DNA from: Planctomycetota bacterium
Lineage (GTDB): Bacteria > Planctomycetota > UBA11346
Direction: 5' to 3'
Assembly: GCA_038231435.1 (NCBI GenBank)
Contig: JBBRLJ010000066.1
Coordinates: forward strand, 1-20,960
Length of the DNA: 20,960 nt
Position 1 is the stretch's first letter. Every line of letters starts with the position of its first letter. The translations under genes and the position numbers were made by a program. The notes below the pieces were generated by a model, which saw only the letters and a program-made list of their open reading frames with translations, was not told where the DNA came from and searched no databases. Of this stretch, positions 1 to 8,960 are shown one piece after another.

Positions 1-107
1 CTACCCCAATCCCCACCCTTCCTTTTACGCACAACTTTTCCCCCTGCGGGTGAAAAAGTTTGGGTGATGGGCTGCGCCCATTATTCACCCAAACCGGAGC
101 TCGGCGG
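1..107. repeat. Partial copy of multi-hairpin REP/MITE-like element (same family as 20663-20919)
   Basis: Bases 35-107 (cttttccccctgcgggtgaaaaagtttgggtgatgggctgcgcccattattcacccaaaccggagctcggcgg) align with 20712-20785 in the same orientation. Two stem-loops are present. Confidence 0.85.
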
Positions 108-133
108 ACGCTCGCGGCGTAGACCGCTCGGGG

Positions 134-189
134 GTCGTCGGACAACCGACGGACGGGGCTTGGTCTCGCGGCTGTCGTCGACGGACGAT
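134..189. repeat. Heptamer-derived hairpin element, copy A (short), just downstream of the 190-1323 gene
   Basis: Shares gtcgtcggaca(a/g)ccgac ... ctgtcgtcgacg with 2647-2709. Confidence 0.65.
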
Positions 190-1323
190 CTATGGATTCG
201 CGGCGGAATACGCGGCGGCGGCGTCGGGGGCTAGGGCGGAGGCGATGCCCAGGATCGCGTCCTTCGATGCCGGGGCGGCCTTGACCGCGGCGGCGATCAC
301 GTCGCCGGCCTTGTCGGGGACCGCCGAGAGTGCGGCCACCGCGATATCGGCGGCGTTGTCCGGAGCCATGGCGGCCACCGCGCCCACCACGTCGCCGGCG
401 TGGTCGGGCACCGCGACCACCGCGGCGGCGACGAGGTCGTTGGCAGCGGCGGGCGCGTATGCGGCCGTGGCCGAGACGAACAGCGCGGCCAGCTCAGGCG
501 CGGACTTTGCCCCGCGCGCGACGGCGTCGGCTCCGGCTTGCGAATCGTTGCGAGCCAGGCTGCCTGCGATGTAGGCGCCGGTCGCTGCATCGGTACCCAT
601 GGCTGCATCGACCATGCGCGCGCCGGCCTCGTCATGGCGCCATGAGCCCGCGGGAGCGTCCGCCGGGCCATGCCCCTGATCACGGATGCTCGCGCGCGAA
701 GCGGCAGGCGCGTCGAGCTGCGGTCGCGCCGTCAGGGTCTCGATGCCCCCACCGCTGGCATCGTCGGAGAAGCCCTGGCGCGGCTTCAGTTGGATCCAGG
801 CCTTCGCATCCTTCTCGGACGTGCCGTGGACCGACAGCGCGCCTTTGAGCAATGCCACGTAGTTTGCATCCGTGCGATGTTCGGCGATCAGCGAACAACG
901 GATGGCGCGAGCCTCGATGCCGTTGCAGCGCACCTTGACCGAGCGGTAGACGCCCTTGTCGCCGAGATCCACCTGGACCGCGCCAGAACGCACGTCCAGC
1001 ACCAGCTCGCGCCCGGAGCTGGTGTCTATCGAGAACGCCACGGTGGTTCCAGGCGCCAAGGTGATCGAGCCCGCCATGGGCTCGGACAGCTCCAGCCGCA
1101 CGGGAGACGCGGCCGCGGAGGTCAGCTCGGCTCCCGTCGCGACCTGGGCCTCGGCGGCGGCGGCCTTGCCGGCCACCGTGCCCTCGCCGCAGAGCCAGGA
1201 GGCGATGCGCTCCGTCGACGGACCGGTGGCTGGGACGGCCGGGGCATCCGCGGCCGATAGGGTGGGGCCGTTGGTGGCGATGGGGTACACCAACAAGGCT
1301 GCGACGAGGGCGACGAGACGCAT
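190..1323 (-). CDS. Secreted hypothetical protein: signal peptide, FecR-like beta domain, C-terminal 15-aa Ala-rich helical repeats
   Basis: The ATG at 1323 follows GGAG by 5 nt and begins hydrophobic MRLVALVAALLVYP. The beta pattern SITLAPGTTVAF..LDVRSGAV..VALLKGALSV resembles FecR-type domains. The C-terminus has (A/V)PxxAxDxxxAxxxx repeats. Confidence 0.7.
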   Translation of the reverse strand: MRLVALVAALLVYPIATNGPTLSAADAPAVPATGPSTERIASWLCGEGTVAGKAAAAEAQVATGAELTSAAASPVRLELSEPMAGSITLAPGTTVAFSIDTSSGRELVLDVRSGAVQVDLGDKGVYRSVKVRCNGIEARAIRCSLIAEHRTDANYVALLKGALSVHGTSEKDAKAWIQLKPRQGFSDDASGGGIETLTARPQLDAPAASRASIRDQGHGPADAPAGSWRHDEAGARMVDAAMGTDAATGAYIAGSLARNDSQAGADAVARGAKSAPELAALFVSATAAYAPAAANDLVAAAVVAVPDHAGDVVGAVAAMAPDNAADIAVAALSAVPDKAGDVIAAAVKAAPASKDAILGIASALAPDAAAAYSAANP

Positions 1324-1415
1324 AGGGACTCCTGACCGGAGAGTGTACCTCAGGAACCCTGTCCTGGTGGATGCCAGGTGGTTCAAGAGTCGACCCCACA
1401 CGCGGGAGGAGGCCG

Positions 1416-2582
1416 TCAATTCGCGTGCAGAGCGGCGTTGAGGCCTTCCCAGCCCCCCTGCTTCTTCGACAGCACCTCGATGGCGCCGGTCTGGCTGTTG
1501 CGCCGGAACAGCAGGTCATTGCGCCCCGACAGCTGCGCGGCCTTGACCACCTCGCCATCCGGCAGCTTGACCTTCGAGGACGAGGTCAGGTATAGACCGG
1601 ACTCGACGGTACAGTTGTCGCCGAGCGAGATCCCCAGCCCTGCGTTGGCGCCGAGCAGGCAGTTCTGGCCGACGCGGATGACTTCCTTCCCGCCGCCCGA
1701 GAGCGTGCCCATGATGGACGCGCCGCCGCCGATGTCCGAGCCGTTGCCGATCACCACGCCGGCGCTGATACGACCCTCGACCATCGACTTGCCGAGCGTG
1801 CCGGCGTTGAAATTGCAGAAGCCCTCGTGCATCACCGTGGTGCCTTCGGAGAGATGCGCGCCCAGGCGCACGCGGTCGGCGTCGGCGATGCGCACGCCAG
1901 ACGGCACCACGTAATCGGTCATGCGCGGGAACTTGTCCAGCGAATGGACCTTCAGCTCGATCCCCCGCGCGCGCGCGCGCAGTCGCGTGCCTTCGAAGTG
2001 CTCCGGATCGAACGGCCCTTCGCTGGTCCATACGACGTTGTTCAACAAGCCGAACACGCCGTCGAGGCTCAGCCCGTGCGGCTTCACCTTGCGTGTGGAG
2101 AGCAGGTGCAAGCGCAGGTACACGTCGTGCGCGTCGACCGGCTTGTGCGCGAGATCGGCGATGAAGGTGACCACCACCTCGCGCGGCACTGTCATGCCAT
2201 TCGCCCGCGCCTGGCGCCCGCTGCGCAGCCATTCACGCAGCTCGCTCGCGGCGTGGATGTTCGCATGGTGCTTACCGTCGTTGGCGAAGGGCGCGAAATG
2301 CACGAGCAGGCGTTCGACCAGATCGAGGTCGAGGTAGTAGCTCTTCGAGCCCGAGAGGTGCCCGGTGAGTTCCGAGAGGGCCGCGGCAGTGCCGTAGTTC
2401 TCTCCGCAGTTCACCACCGGGAACCAGGTGTCGAGGATGCGCGCGCCCGAACCGATGGTGGCGGGCCTGGTCGGATCGGTGATGCCGAAGCTCGCCAATC
2501 CCAGGGCGAAGGCCGCGGGGCGCGCGTAGCCGGTGCGGGATTCGACGATCTTGACCATGGCATTGAAGGCGTCGGTGCTCAT
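1416..2582 (-). CDS. dapD: 2,3,4,5-tetrahydropyridine-2,6-dicarboxylate N-succinyltransferase (long, non-E. coli type)
   Basis: Motifs DVYLRLHLLS, DKFPRMTDYVVPSGVRIADADRVRLGAHL, MHEGFCNFNAGT, EGRISAGV and MGTLSGGG, plus hexapeptide repeats. Start placed at MSTDAF; 2636 is an alternative. Confidence 0.95.
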   Translation of the reverse strand: MSTDAFNAMVKIVESRTGYARPAAFALGLASFGITDPTRPATIGSGARILDTWFPVVNCGENYGTAAALSELTGHLSGSKSYYLDLDLVERLLVHFAPFANDGKHHANIHAASELREWLRSGRQARANGMTVPREVVVTFIADLAHKPVDAHDVYLRLHLLSTRKVKPHGLSLDGVFGLLNNVVWTSEGPFDPEHFEGTRLRARARGIELKVHSLDKFPRMTDYVVPSGVRIADADRVRLGAHLSEGTTVMHEGFCNFNAGTLGKSMVEGRISAGVVIGNGSDIGGGASIMGTLSGGGKEVIRVGQNCLLGANAGLGISLGDNCTVESGLYLTSSSKVKLPDGEVVKAAQLSGRNDLLFRRNSQTGAIEVLSKKQGGWEGLNAALHAN

Positions 2583-2635
2583 GGCCGCGATGGTGGCTGC
2601 GAGGATGGGGGTGGCAACTGTTGGGATGGAAAACA

Positions 2636-2721
2636 TCCGTGGTCCGTCGTCGGACAGCCGACAGCGGGAGGGCAAACCGCGAGTCTATCCATGGCTCCTG
2701 TCGTCGACGACGGACCACGGA
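2636..2721. repeat. Heptamer-derived hairpin element, copy B (priA-dapD intergenic)
   Basis: Perfect 17-bp inverted arms: tccgtggtccgtcgtcg (2636-2652) and cgacgacggaccacgga (2705-2721). An inner gacag/ctgtc pairing extends the stem. Confidence 0.85.
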
Positions 2722-2740
2722 CGCTGCCTTCCGACGCTTC

Positions 2741-4924
2741 CTACGACGTCACATACGGGTCCACGTCGATGACCACGTGGACCTTCTTCATCTTCGGCAG
2801 CCCGCCCGCGGCCTCGAGCCGGTCGAGGAATGATTGGGCCGCGCCGCGGCTCGATGCCTTGACCAGGGCGTGCCAACGGTGCTGACCCTTGAGGAAGGCC
2901 AGACCCGCGGGATTGGGCCCCAGGATCGCCTCGCCCTTGGCCGCCGAGGCGAGGCGCGCGCCGTGCTCCTGCGCGACCAGCTGCACATCGGCCTGCGATT
3001 CGGAGCTCCACAGGAATCGCACCAGTCCGGCGTATGGTGGGTAGCCGTATTCCTTGCGCAGCGCGAGCTCGGCGTCGACGAACGCCTTCGGGCGATGGTC
3101 GAGCGCGCAGCGGATCGGCGGGGCCTCGGTGTCGTATGCCTGCACCACCACCGTGCCGGGCCGCTCGCCGCGGCCAGCACGGCCCGAGACCTGCGCGACC
3201 AGTTGGTAGGTGCGCTCGGCGGCGCGGAAATCCGGCACCGACAGCGCACGGTCCGCGCACAGGACGCCGACCAGGGTGACGCGCGGGAAATCCAAGCCCT
3301 TCGCCACCATCTGCGTGCCCACCAGGCAGTCGGCCGCGCCTTCGGCGAAGGCCTGGAACAGTTTCGCGTGGCCCTGGCGCTCGGCGACGGTGTCCGCGTC
3401 GACGCGCAGGATCTTCAGCTCGGGCACCTCGTAGGCGAGCGCGCTCACCAGCTGCTCGGTGCCCAGGCCGAAGGTGGCGAGGGTCGGCTGCTGGCAGGCT
3501 GGGCAGGTCTTCGGCATGGAGCGTTCCCCGCCGCAGTAGTGGCAGCGCAGCTTGCCCGGCCCCTTGTGGTAGGTGAGGCTGATGTCGCAGTTGGGGCACG
3601 ACAGCGCGTGGCCGCATTCGGTGCAGCTGACGACCGGGCTCCAGCCGCGCCGGTTCAGCAGCACGATCGCCTGCTCGCCGCGCGACTTGATCTGGCGCAG
3701 CCGGGTGATGAGTTCGCGGCTGACGTGGGCCTGGCGCTTCTGCGCGTGGCATTCCTCGCGCATGTCGATCAGCACCGGCGAGGGCAGCTTGCCGCCGAGC
3801 GGACGATCCATCAATGTGATCACCTTGTAGCGCCCGGCGCGCGCGTTGTGCACGGTCTCGAGTGACGGCGTCGCCGAACCGAGGATCACCGGCGCGCCGA
3901 CCAGACCGCCATACACGATCGCCAGATCGCGGGCGTGGTAGCGGGGCACGCTCTCCTGCTTGTAGGACTGTTCGTGCTCCTCGTCGACGATCACCAGGCC
4001 CGGATTCGGCAGCGGCGCGAACAGCGCCGAGCGGGTGCCCACCACCAGATCGAAGCGGCCCGCGGCGGCCTCGCGCCACATGTGCGCGCGTTCGCCATCG
4101 GTGAAGCCGGAATGCCATACCGCGACACGCTCGAAACGCCGGCGCACGCGCGCCGCCAGCTGCGGGGTCAGCGCGATCTCGGGCAGCAGCAGCAGCACCT
4201 GCTTGCCCAGCGCGATCGCCTGGGCCGCGAGCTCCAGGTAGACCAGAGTCTTGCCGGAGCCGGTGATGCCGTAGAGCAGGAAGGTCTGATGGACGCCTGC
4301 GGCCAGCGGCTGCGCAACGGCGTCGACAGCGGTGCGCTGCTCAGCGGTGAGCGCGTGGCGCTCGTCGCGGGCCTCGAGCCTGATCTCGCGCACCTCGCGG
4401 TCGCGGGCGATGACGATCGCACCGGCCTTGGCCAAACGCTCGAACAGCGGCCGATCGGCCTTCGCAAGCTCGGAGGCGTCGGCGAGCAGCAGCGACTCCC
4501 CCGCGGGCAGGGCATCGACCACCTGGCGTTGCCGCGCGGTCAGCTTGCCCGCGAACGCCGCGACCTTGGTGATGACCAACCGTTCCTCGGGAACCACGCC
4601 CTCGCGCACCGGGGCCGGCACCGAGCCGGCCAGGAACTCGCCGAGCGAGCAACGGTAATAGCGCGCGCCCCAGCGGATCAGCTGCAGCAGCTTGGCGGGG
4701 ACGCGGACCCCCTCGCGATGGCGGATGATGTCCTTGAGCGCGAAGCCCTCTGGCGGCGCTCGCCGCGCCAGTTCGACCACGAACCCGCGCATCGGGCGGC
4801 GCGCGAACGACACCTCAACGCAATCACCGACCGCGAGACGCTCGGCGAGATCCTCGGGGACGCGGTAGCTGTAGCAGTCCTTGCCGGGGCAGTCGATGGC
4901 GACGTCGGCGATCAGCGGGTCCAC
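2741..4924 (-). CDS. priA: Primosomal protein N' (replication restart helicase)
   Basis: Walker A GITGSGKT, DEEH, SAT, four CxxC pairs (CTEC, CPNC, CHYC, CPAC), GTQMVAKGLDFP, GRAGR and C-terminal IDVDP. GTG start at 4924 is assumed. Confidence 0.97.
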   Translation of the reverse strand: MDPLIADVAIDCPGKDCYSYRVPEDLAERLAVGDCVEVSFARRPMRGFVVELARRAPPEGFALKDIIRHREGVRVPAKLLQLIRWGARYYRCSLGEFLAGSVPAPVREGVVPEERLVITKVAAFAGKLTARQRQVVDALPAGESLLLADASELAKADRPLFERLAKAGAIVIARDREVREIRLEARDERHALTAEQRTAVDAVAQPLAAGVHQTFLLYGITGSGKTLVYLELAAQAIALGKQVLLLLPEIALTPQLAARVRRRFERVAVWHSGFTDGERAHMWREAAAGRFDLVVGTRSALFAPLPNPGLVIVDEEHEQSYKQESVPRYHARDLAIVYGGLVGAPVILGSATPSLETVHNARAGRYKVITLMDRPLGGKLPSPVLIDMREECHAQKRQAHVSRELITRLRQIKSRGEQAIVLLNRRGWSPVVSCTECGHALSCPNCDISLTYHKGPGKLRCHYCGGERSMPKTCPACQQPTLATFGLGTEQLVSALAYEVPELKILRVDADTVAERQGHAKLFQAFAEGAADCLVGTQMVAKGLDFPRVTLVGVLCADRALSVPDFRAAERTYQLVAQVSGRAGRGERPGTVVVQAYDTEAPPIRCALDHRPKAFVDAELALRKEYGYPPYAGLVRFLWSSESQADVQLVAQEHGARLASAAKGEAILGPNPAGLAFLKGQHRWHALVKASSRGAAQSFLDRLEAAGGLPKMKKVHVVIDVDPYVTS

Positions 4925-5002
4925 CCCGGCAGGGTGCGGAGGCCGCAGGCGCCACAAGCTGCAGGTGGACGGCGAGCCCCGATCGACGGCGCTCGTGCCT
5001 GG

Positions 5003-5488
5003 CTAGGACAGCGATAGGAGCTTCGCGCGCATCTCTGCCGGGATCGGGCGGCTCGCCAGGCGATCCATGTCGACGCAGGCGTGGACATGCGTGACCACCG
5101 CGGCCGCGCGCGGGCCCACCGCCAGCTCGATGCGCATGGATACGCTGCGCTCGCCCACGCGCGTGCACGCCACCCGCAGCGTGACGGTCTCGCCGTGCCT
5201 CAGCGGCGACGAGAAATCCGCCTCGGCATGCACCAACGGCAGGCCGATGCGCGCGCGCATCAGTTCGTCGAGCGCCAGCCCGGCTCCGGCCATGGCCTCC
5301 TCATAGGCTTCATGGGCCATCGCCATCACCCGCGCATAGAACACCACGCCGGCGGCATCGACGTCGTTGAGCAGCACGCGACGGCTGATCCCCACCTGGT
5401 TCGGCGGTCCGGGCCGATGCGTCTTCGATGGCTCTGCTGACTTCAATGACTTCGGCATCTTCGATGGCTTCGTCGGCTTCTCGGGCAT
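5003..5488 (-). CDS. 4HBT/YbgC-family acyl-CoA thioesterase (resembles DHNA-CoA hydrolase type)
   Basis: Hotdog motif DVDAAGVVFYAR..HEAYEE, plus LPLVHAEADF and PLRHGE. The ATG at 5488 has GAGGAG 9 nt upstream. Confidence 0.85.
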   Translation of the reverse strand: MPEKPTKPSKMPKSLKSAEPSKTHRPGPPNQVGISRRVLLNDVDAAGVVFYARVMAMAHEAYEEAMAGAGLALDELMRARIGLPLVHAEADFSSPLRHGETVTLRVACTRVGERSVSMRIELAVGPRAAAVVTHVHACVDMDRLASRPIPAEMRAKLLSLS

Positions 5489-5514
5489 GGATGGAAGCTC
5501 CTCGTCGGCCGACG

Positions 5515-6069
5515 CTAACCGGGCGCGCGGCGCGCGCGATCCCCGGCATCGCGCCGCGGGTCCTCGGCGATGAGCCGGACGATCTCGCCTGCCAGAGCCT
5601 CGGGTGTGGCCGTCGCTTGGACCACCAGGTCGGCGGTCTCGCGATAGAGTGGGTCGCGTATGGCCAGCAGGCGGGGCACTTCGTCGGCCACTCCCGCGCC
5701 GGTCAGGCTCGGCCGGTCGCCGTGATCGCGGCGCAGCCGCGCCTGCAGGACCTCGGCCGGAACCTCGAGATAGACCACGTGGCCGCCCAGGGCGCGCAGG
5801 AGCCGTCGGTTCTCCTGCCTGAGCACCGCGCCGCCTCCGGTCGCCAGCACCAGGTCGGGCTCGCCCGCGAGCACGGCCGCCAGGCATTCGGCCTCGCGAT
5901 CACGGAAGGCCGCCTCGCCCTCGCGGGCGAAATAGCTCGGGATGGAGCAGCCGGTGGCGCGCTCGATGGCTGCGTCGGCGTCCTCGAACGGGACATCGAG
6001 CATGCCCGCCAACAGGCGTCCGACCGTGCTCTTGCCGCAGGCCCGGTAGCCGATCAACGACAGGCGCAT
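5515..6069 (-). CDS. aroK: Shikimate kinase
   Basis: P-loop GYRACGKST, DAD, GEAAFRDRE, ATGGGAVL, lid RPSL and RDPLY. Confidence 0.93.
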   Translation of the reverse strand: MRLSLIGYRACGKSTVGRLLAGMLDVPFEDADAAIERATGCSIPSYFAREGEAAFRDREAECLAAVLAGEPDLVLATGGGAVLRQENRRLLRALGGHVVYLEVPAEVLQARLRRDHGDRPSLTGAGVADEVPRLLAIRDPLYRETADLVVQATATPEALAGEIVRLIAEDPRRDAGDRARRAPG

Positions 6070-6215
6070 CGTCGCACACTAGCCCGCAGCCTCGACGAGG
6101 AAAGGCGGCCGTGGGCTGGCGCGCCATCGGGGCGCTCCGTATCCAGCACCCCGCGCAGGACCTCTTCCTATTCGGTTGCCAGTTCCAAGGCCCGTGGGTA
6201 AGACCTTGGCCGGAC

Positions 6216-8960
6216 ATGGCTCAGTTCCTGCAACCCAATCAGCAGCTAGCGGGATACGAGGTTCTCGAACTCGTAGGCAAGGGCGGCATGGGCGAGGTCT
6301 ATCGCGCTCGCCAGCTGAGCATGGACCGCATCGTCGCGCTGAAAGTCCTGAACATGCGCCAGGCGCGCCAGGACCCGAGCTTCGCCAAGAACTTCGTCGA
6401 GGAGGCGCGTGCGGCCGGCCGGCTCTCGAACGCCAACATCATCAGCGTCCACGACGTCGGCAGCGCCACGCTCCCGGGATCTCCAGAGGAGGTCTACTAC
6501 TTCTCGATGGAGCTGATCGACGGCGAGACGCTGAAGGACGTGATCAAGCGCGAGGGCACCTGCCCCGAGAAGCTGATCGCCACGATCATGTCCGGCATGT
6601 CCGAGGCCTTGGTGTACGCTGAAAAGGTCGGGATCATCCACCGCGACATCAAGCCTGACAACATCATGATCACCAGCACCAAGCTGGTGAAGCTCGCCGA
6701 CCTCGGCCTCGCCCTGCAGGTCGGCGGCGAGGTTGTTGACGAGAAGGACGCGCAGTCGAAATCCAAGGTCATGGGCACGCCCATGTACATGAGCCCTGAA
6801 CAGGCGCGGGCGCTCAAGCTCGATCACCGTTGCGACCAGTACAGCCTTGGCGCCACCCTCTTCCACATGCTCACCGGCCAGCCGCCGTACAAGGGCAGCG
6901 ATCCGAAGTCGGTGATGCGCGCACACGTCTTCGACCCCGTGCCAGATCCGAAGACGGTCAAGCCGGACGTGCCCGAGGCCTGGCGCCAGCTGTGCATGAA
7001 GCTGATGGCGAAGGCCCCCGAGGACCGCTTCGCGACCGCCGCCGACATGAAGCTGGCGGTGCAGGGCGCCGTTCATGGCGTCGCGCTCTCGAGCCTGTCG
7101 AAGCGCGTCCCGCGCCTGAGCAAGCGCGACGAGGGCTCCATGGCGCCGTGGGCGAAGTGGGCGGCGCTCGCTGCGGCTGTCGCCGTGGTTGCCGTGATTC
7201 TCGTCATCCTGGGTGGGAACAAGCGCGGCGGTGCCGGCGGTGCCGGTACCGATGGCGTGGTCGCGCAGCCCGAAGCTTCCGCCACCGATGCCGCCGACGC
7301 TCCGCTCAAAGCGGTGATCGCCTGCCTGCCGGCGGACCATGCCAAGGCGCTCGCCCAGTTGAGTGCGCTCGTGGCTGATCCGGCCTGGTCGACACCGCGC
7401 GCGAAGGACATGCTCGCCGCCGAGGTCAAACGCCGGCAAGCCGCGGTCGACGCCAGTAAGCGCGAAGCGCTCAAGACCGAGCTGGCCGCGATCGACAAGC
7501 GCATCGCTGACAAGGATCTCAGTGGCGCCAAGGAAGCGATCGGCGCGCTCGCCGCGAAGCGCCCCGAGGCCGCCCAGCAGCAGCCGTTCAAGGACGTCAA
7601 CGCCAAGCTCGAGGCCGCGCTGTCCGAGCTCGCCAACTCCTTCCGCATCCGCATCGGGGCAGCCGCGAGCATTCCGGATGTCGACGCCGTCGCCGCGGAA
7701 TCGCGTAAAGCCCCGCTCTCGGGCGACGACGCCAGCAGCCTCGAGAAAGCGGCGGCGAAACGCCGCGGCGAACTGAACACGGCCGCCGCGGCGCAGGCCA
7801 GCGTGGTCGAGCGCAAGGCCTGGGACAAGCTCGCCCTGGCGCTCGACGACAAGCGCCGGGCGCTGAAATACTTCGAGATCCAGGCCATCGTCGAGGCGCA
7901 CGCACCTGGATTCCCCGCCGAATCGCAGGAGCAGCTCAAGGCTCTGGCCCACATCGGCGATCTCGCCTCAGCAGGCGAGCAAGCGCTCAAGCACCAGATC
8001 GAGGGCAAGCGCGTCGACGCGCGCATCGACGACAAGCCGATCAAGGTGCAGATCGTGAAGTGGGGTCTGGTCGAGGTGCAGTACCTTGCGATAGACGCCG
8101 GCGGCGAGCAGCGCAAGGCCGAACGCGCCCGTGTGTCCGTGCCCTGTCGCGACCTGCTCGACCAGACTCCGGAACACAAGGAGCCGGACTACCCCCAGAT
8201 CAAGGCCGCCTGCCTGTGGATGTGGCGATCGGCCGATGCGCGCGCCGCGCTCGAGAAGATCGCTGACCAACCGTTGGCGCGCGGGCTCAAGAGCATCGAC
8301 CGCTGCCTCGCCGGGGGCCTGGACGTCTGCGGGACGGTCTCGCGCCAGGGCGAGCAGCTGACCATCGCCTACGATTTCTCGGGCAAGGACCAGGCCATGC
8401 TCGTGGATTTCGTCGGCGAGGGGCTGGGTTTCGGTGACCATGGCTTGACCTGGACGACCAAGAAGAACGTGCCCAAGCTGTCGACGGTCGAGGCCGACCT
8501 GCCGCGCGTCGCATGGCGCGAAGCGTTGGCGCCGCCTTTCACCGTCCGCGCCAAGCTGTGGATGCATCCCAAGACCTTGCTCGGCCTCGTGGGCGTCGAG
8601 ACCGCGGGCCGCCGCGTGCGGGTGTCCTTCTCCAGTGGCGCGTTCAAGAGCGAGCGCATGGGCGTCGCCTTCACCGCGCCCGACGGCGCGCAATACGTCA
8701 ACAAGGAGAAGACGCGCAGCATCGCATATGGCCAGCTGTGGGACCCCGCCCAGCCGGTCGAGATCGAGCTGAGCATGGCCGAGGACGGCAAGGTCGAGGC
8801 CAGCTGCGAACATGTCGCCGCGGGATCATCGCCGGTGGCGGTGCTGCCCACCGGTTCCCCGATCACATTCGTGATGCAGGCGTACCAGTTCGACGGCAAC
8901 GAGACCATGCTCGAACTGCAGAGCCTCGAGATAACCGGCAAGCCGATACCCAAAAATTAG
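6216..8960 (+). CDS. Hanks-type membrane Ser/Thr protein kinase with large C-terminal extracytoplasmic region
   Basis: [34 protein letters not shown] and DQYSLG, followed by a TM segment [22 protein letters not shown] at 6216. Confidence 0.93.
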   Translation: MAQFLQPNQQLAGYEVLELVGKGGMGEVYRARQLSMDRIVALKVLNMRQARQDPSFAKNFVEEARAAGRLSNANIISVHDVGSATLPGSPEEVYYFSMELIDGETLKDVIKREGTCPEKLIATIMSGMSEALVYAEKVGIIHRDIKPDNIMITSTKLVKLADLGLALQVGGEVVDEKDAQSKSKVMGTPMYMSPEQARALKLDHRCDQYSLGATLFHMLTGQPPYKGSDPKSVMRAHVFDPVPDPKTVKPDVPEAWRQLCMKLMAKAPEDRFATAADMKLAVQGAVHGVALSSLSKRVPRLSKRDEGSMAPWAKWAALAAAVAVVAVILVILGGNKRGGAGGAGTDGVVAQPEASATDAADAPLKAVIACLPADHAKALAQLSALVADPAWSTPRAKDMLAAEVKRRQAAVDASKREALKTELAAIDKRIADKDLSGAKEAIGALAAKRPEAAQQQPFKDVNAKLEAALSELANSFRIRIGAAASIPDVDAVAAESRKAPLSGDDASSLEKAAAKRRGELNTAAAAQASVVERKAWDKLALALDDKRRALKYFEIQAIVEAHAPGFPAESQEQLKALAHIGDLASAGEQALKHQIEGKRVDARIDDKPIKVQIVKWGLVEVQYLAIDAGGEQRKAERARVSVPCRDLLDQTPEHKEPDYPQIKAACLWMWRSADARAALEKIADQPLARGLKSIDRCLAGGLDVCGTVSRQGEQLTIAYDFSGKDQAMLVDFVGEGLGFGDHGLTWTTKKNVPKLSTVEADLPRVAWREALAPPFTVRAKLWMHPKTLLGLVGVETAGRRVRVSFSSGAFKSERMGVAFTAPDGAQYVNKEKTRSIAYGQLWDPAQPVEIELSMAEDGKVEASCEHVAAGSSPVAVLPTGSPITFVMQAYQFDGNETMLELQSLEITGKPIPKN

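Noticed and set aside
1325..1400. tRNA-like sequence (ggttcaag, ...ccca)
   Set aside because: No T-stem or cloverleaf can be formed.
2665..2695. c-di-GMP-I (GEMM) riboswitch suggested by gggcaaacc
   Set aside because: It lacks the following GAAA hairpin and GGGACGCAAA elements, lies antisense to the flanking genes, and sits in the loop of a repeat.
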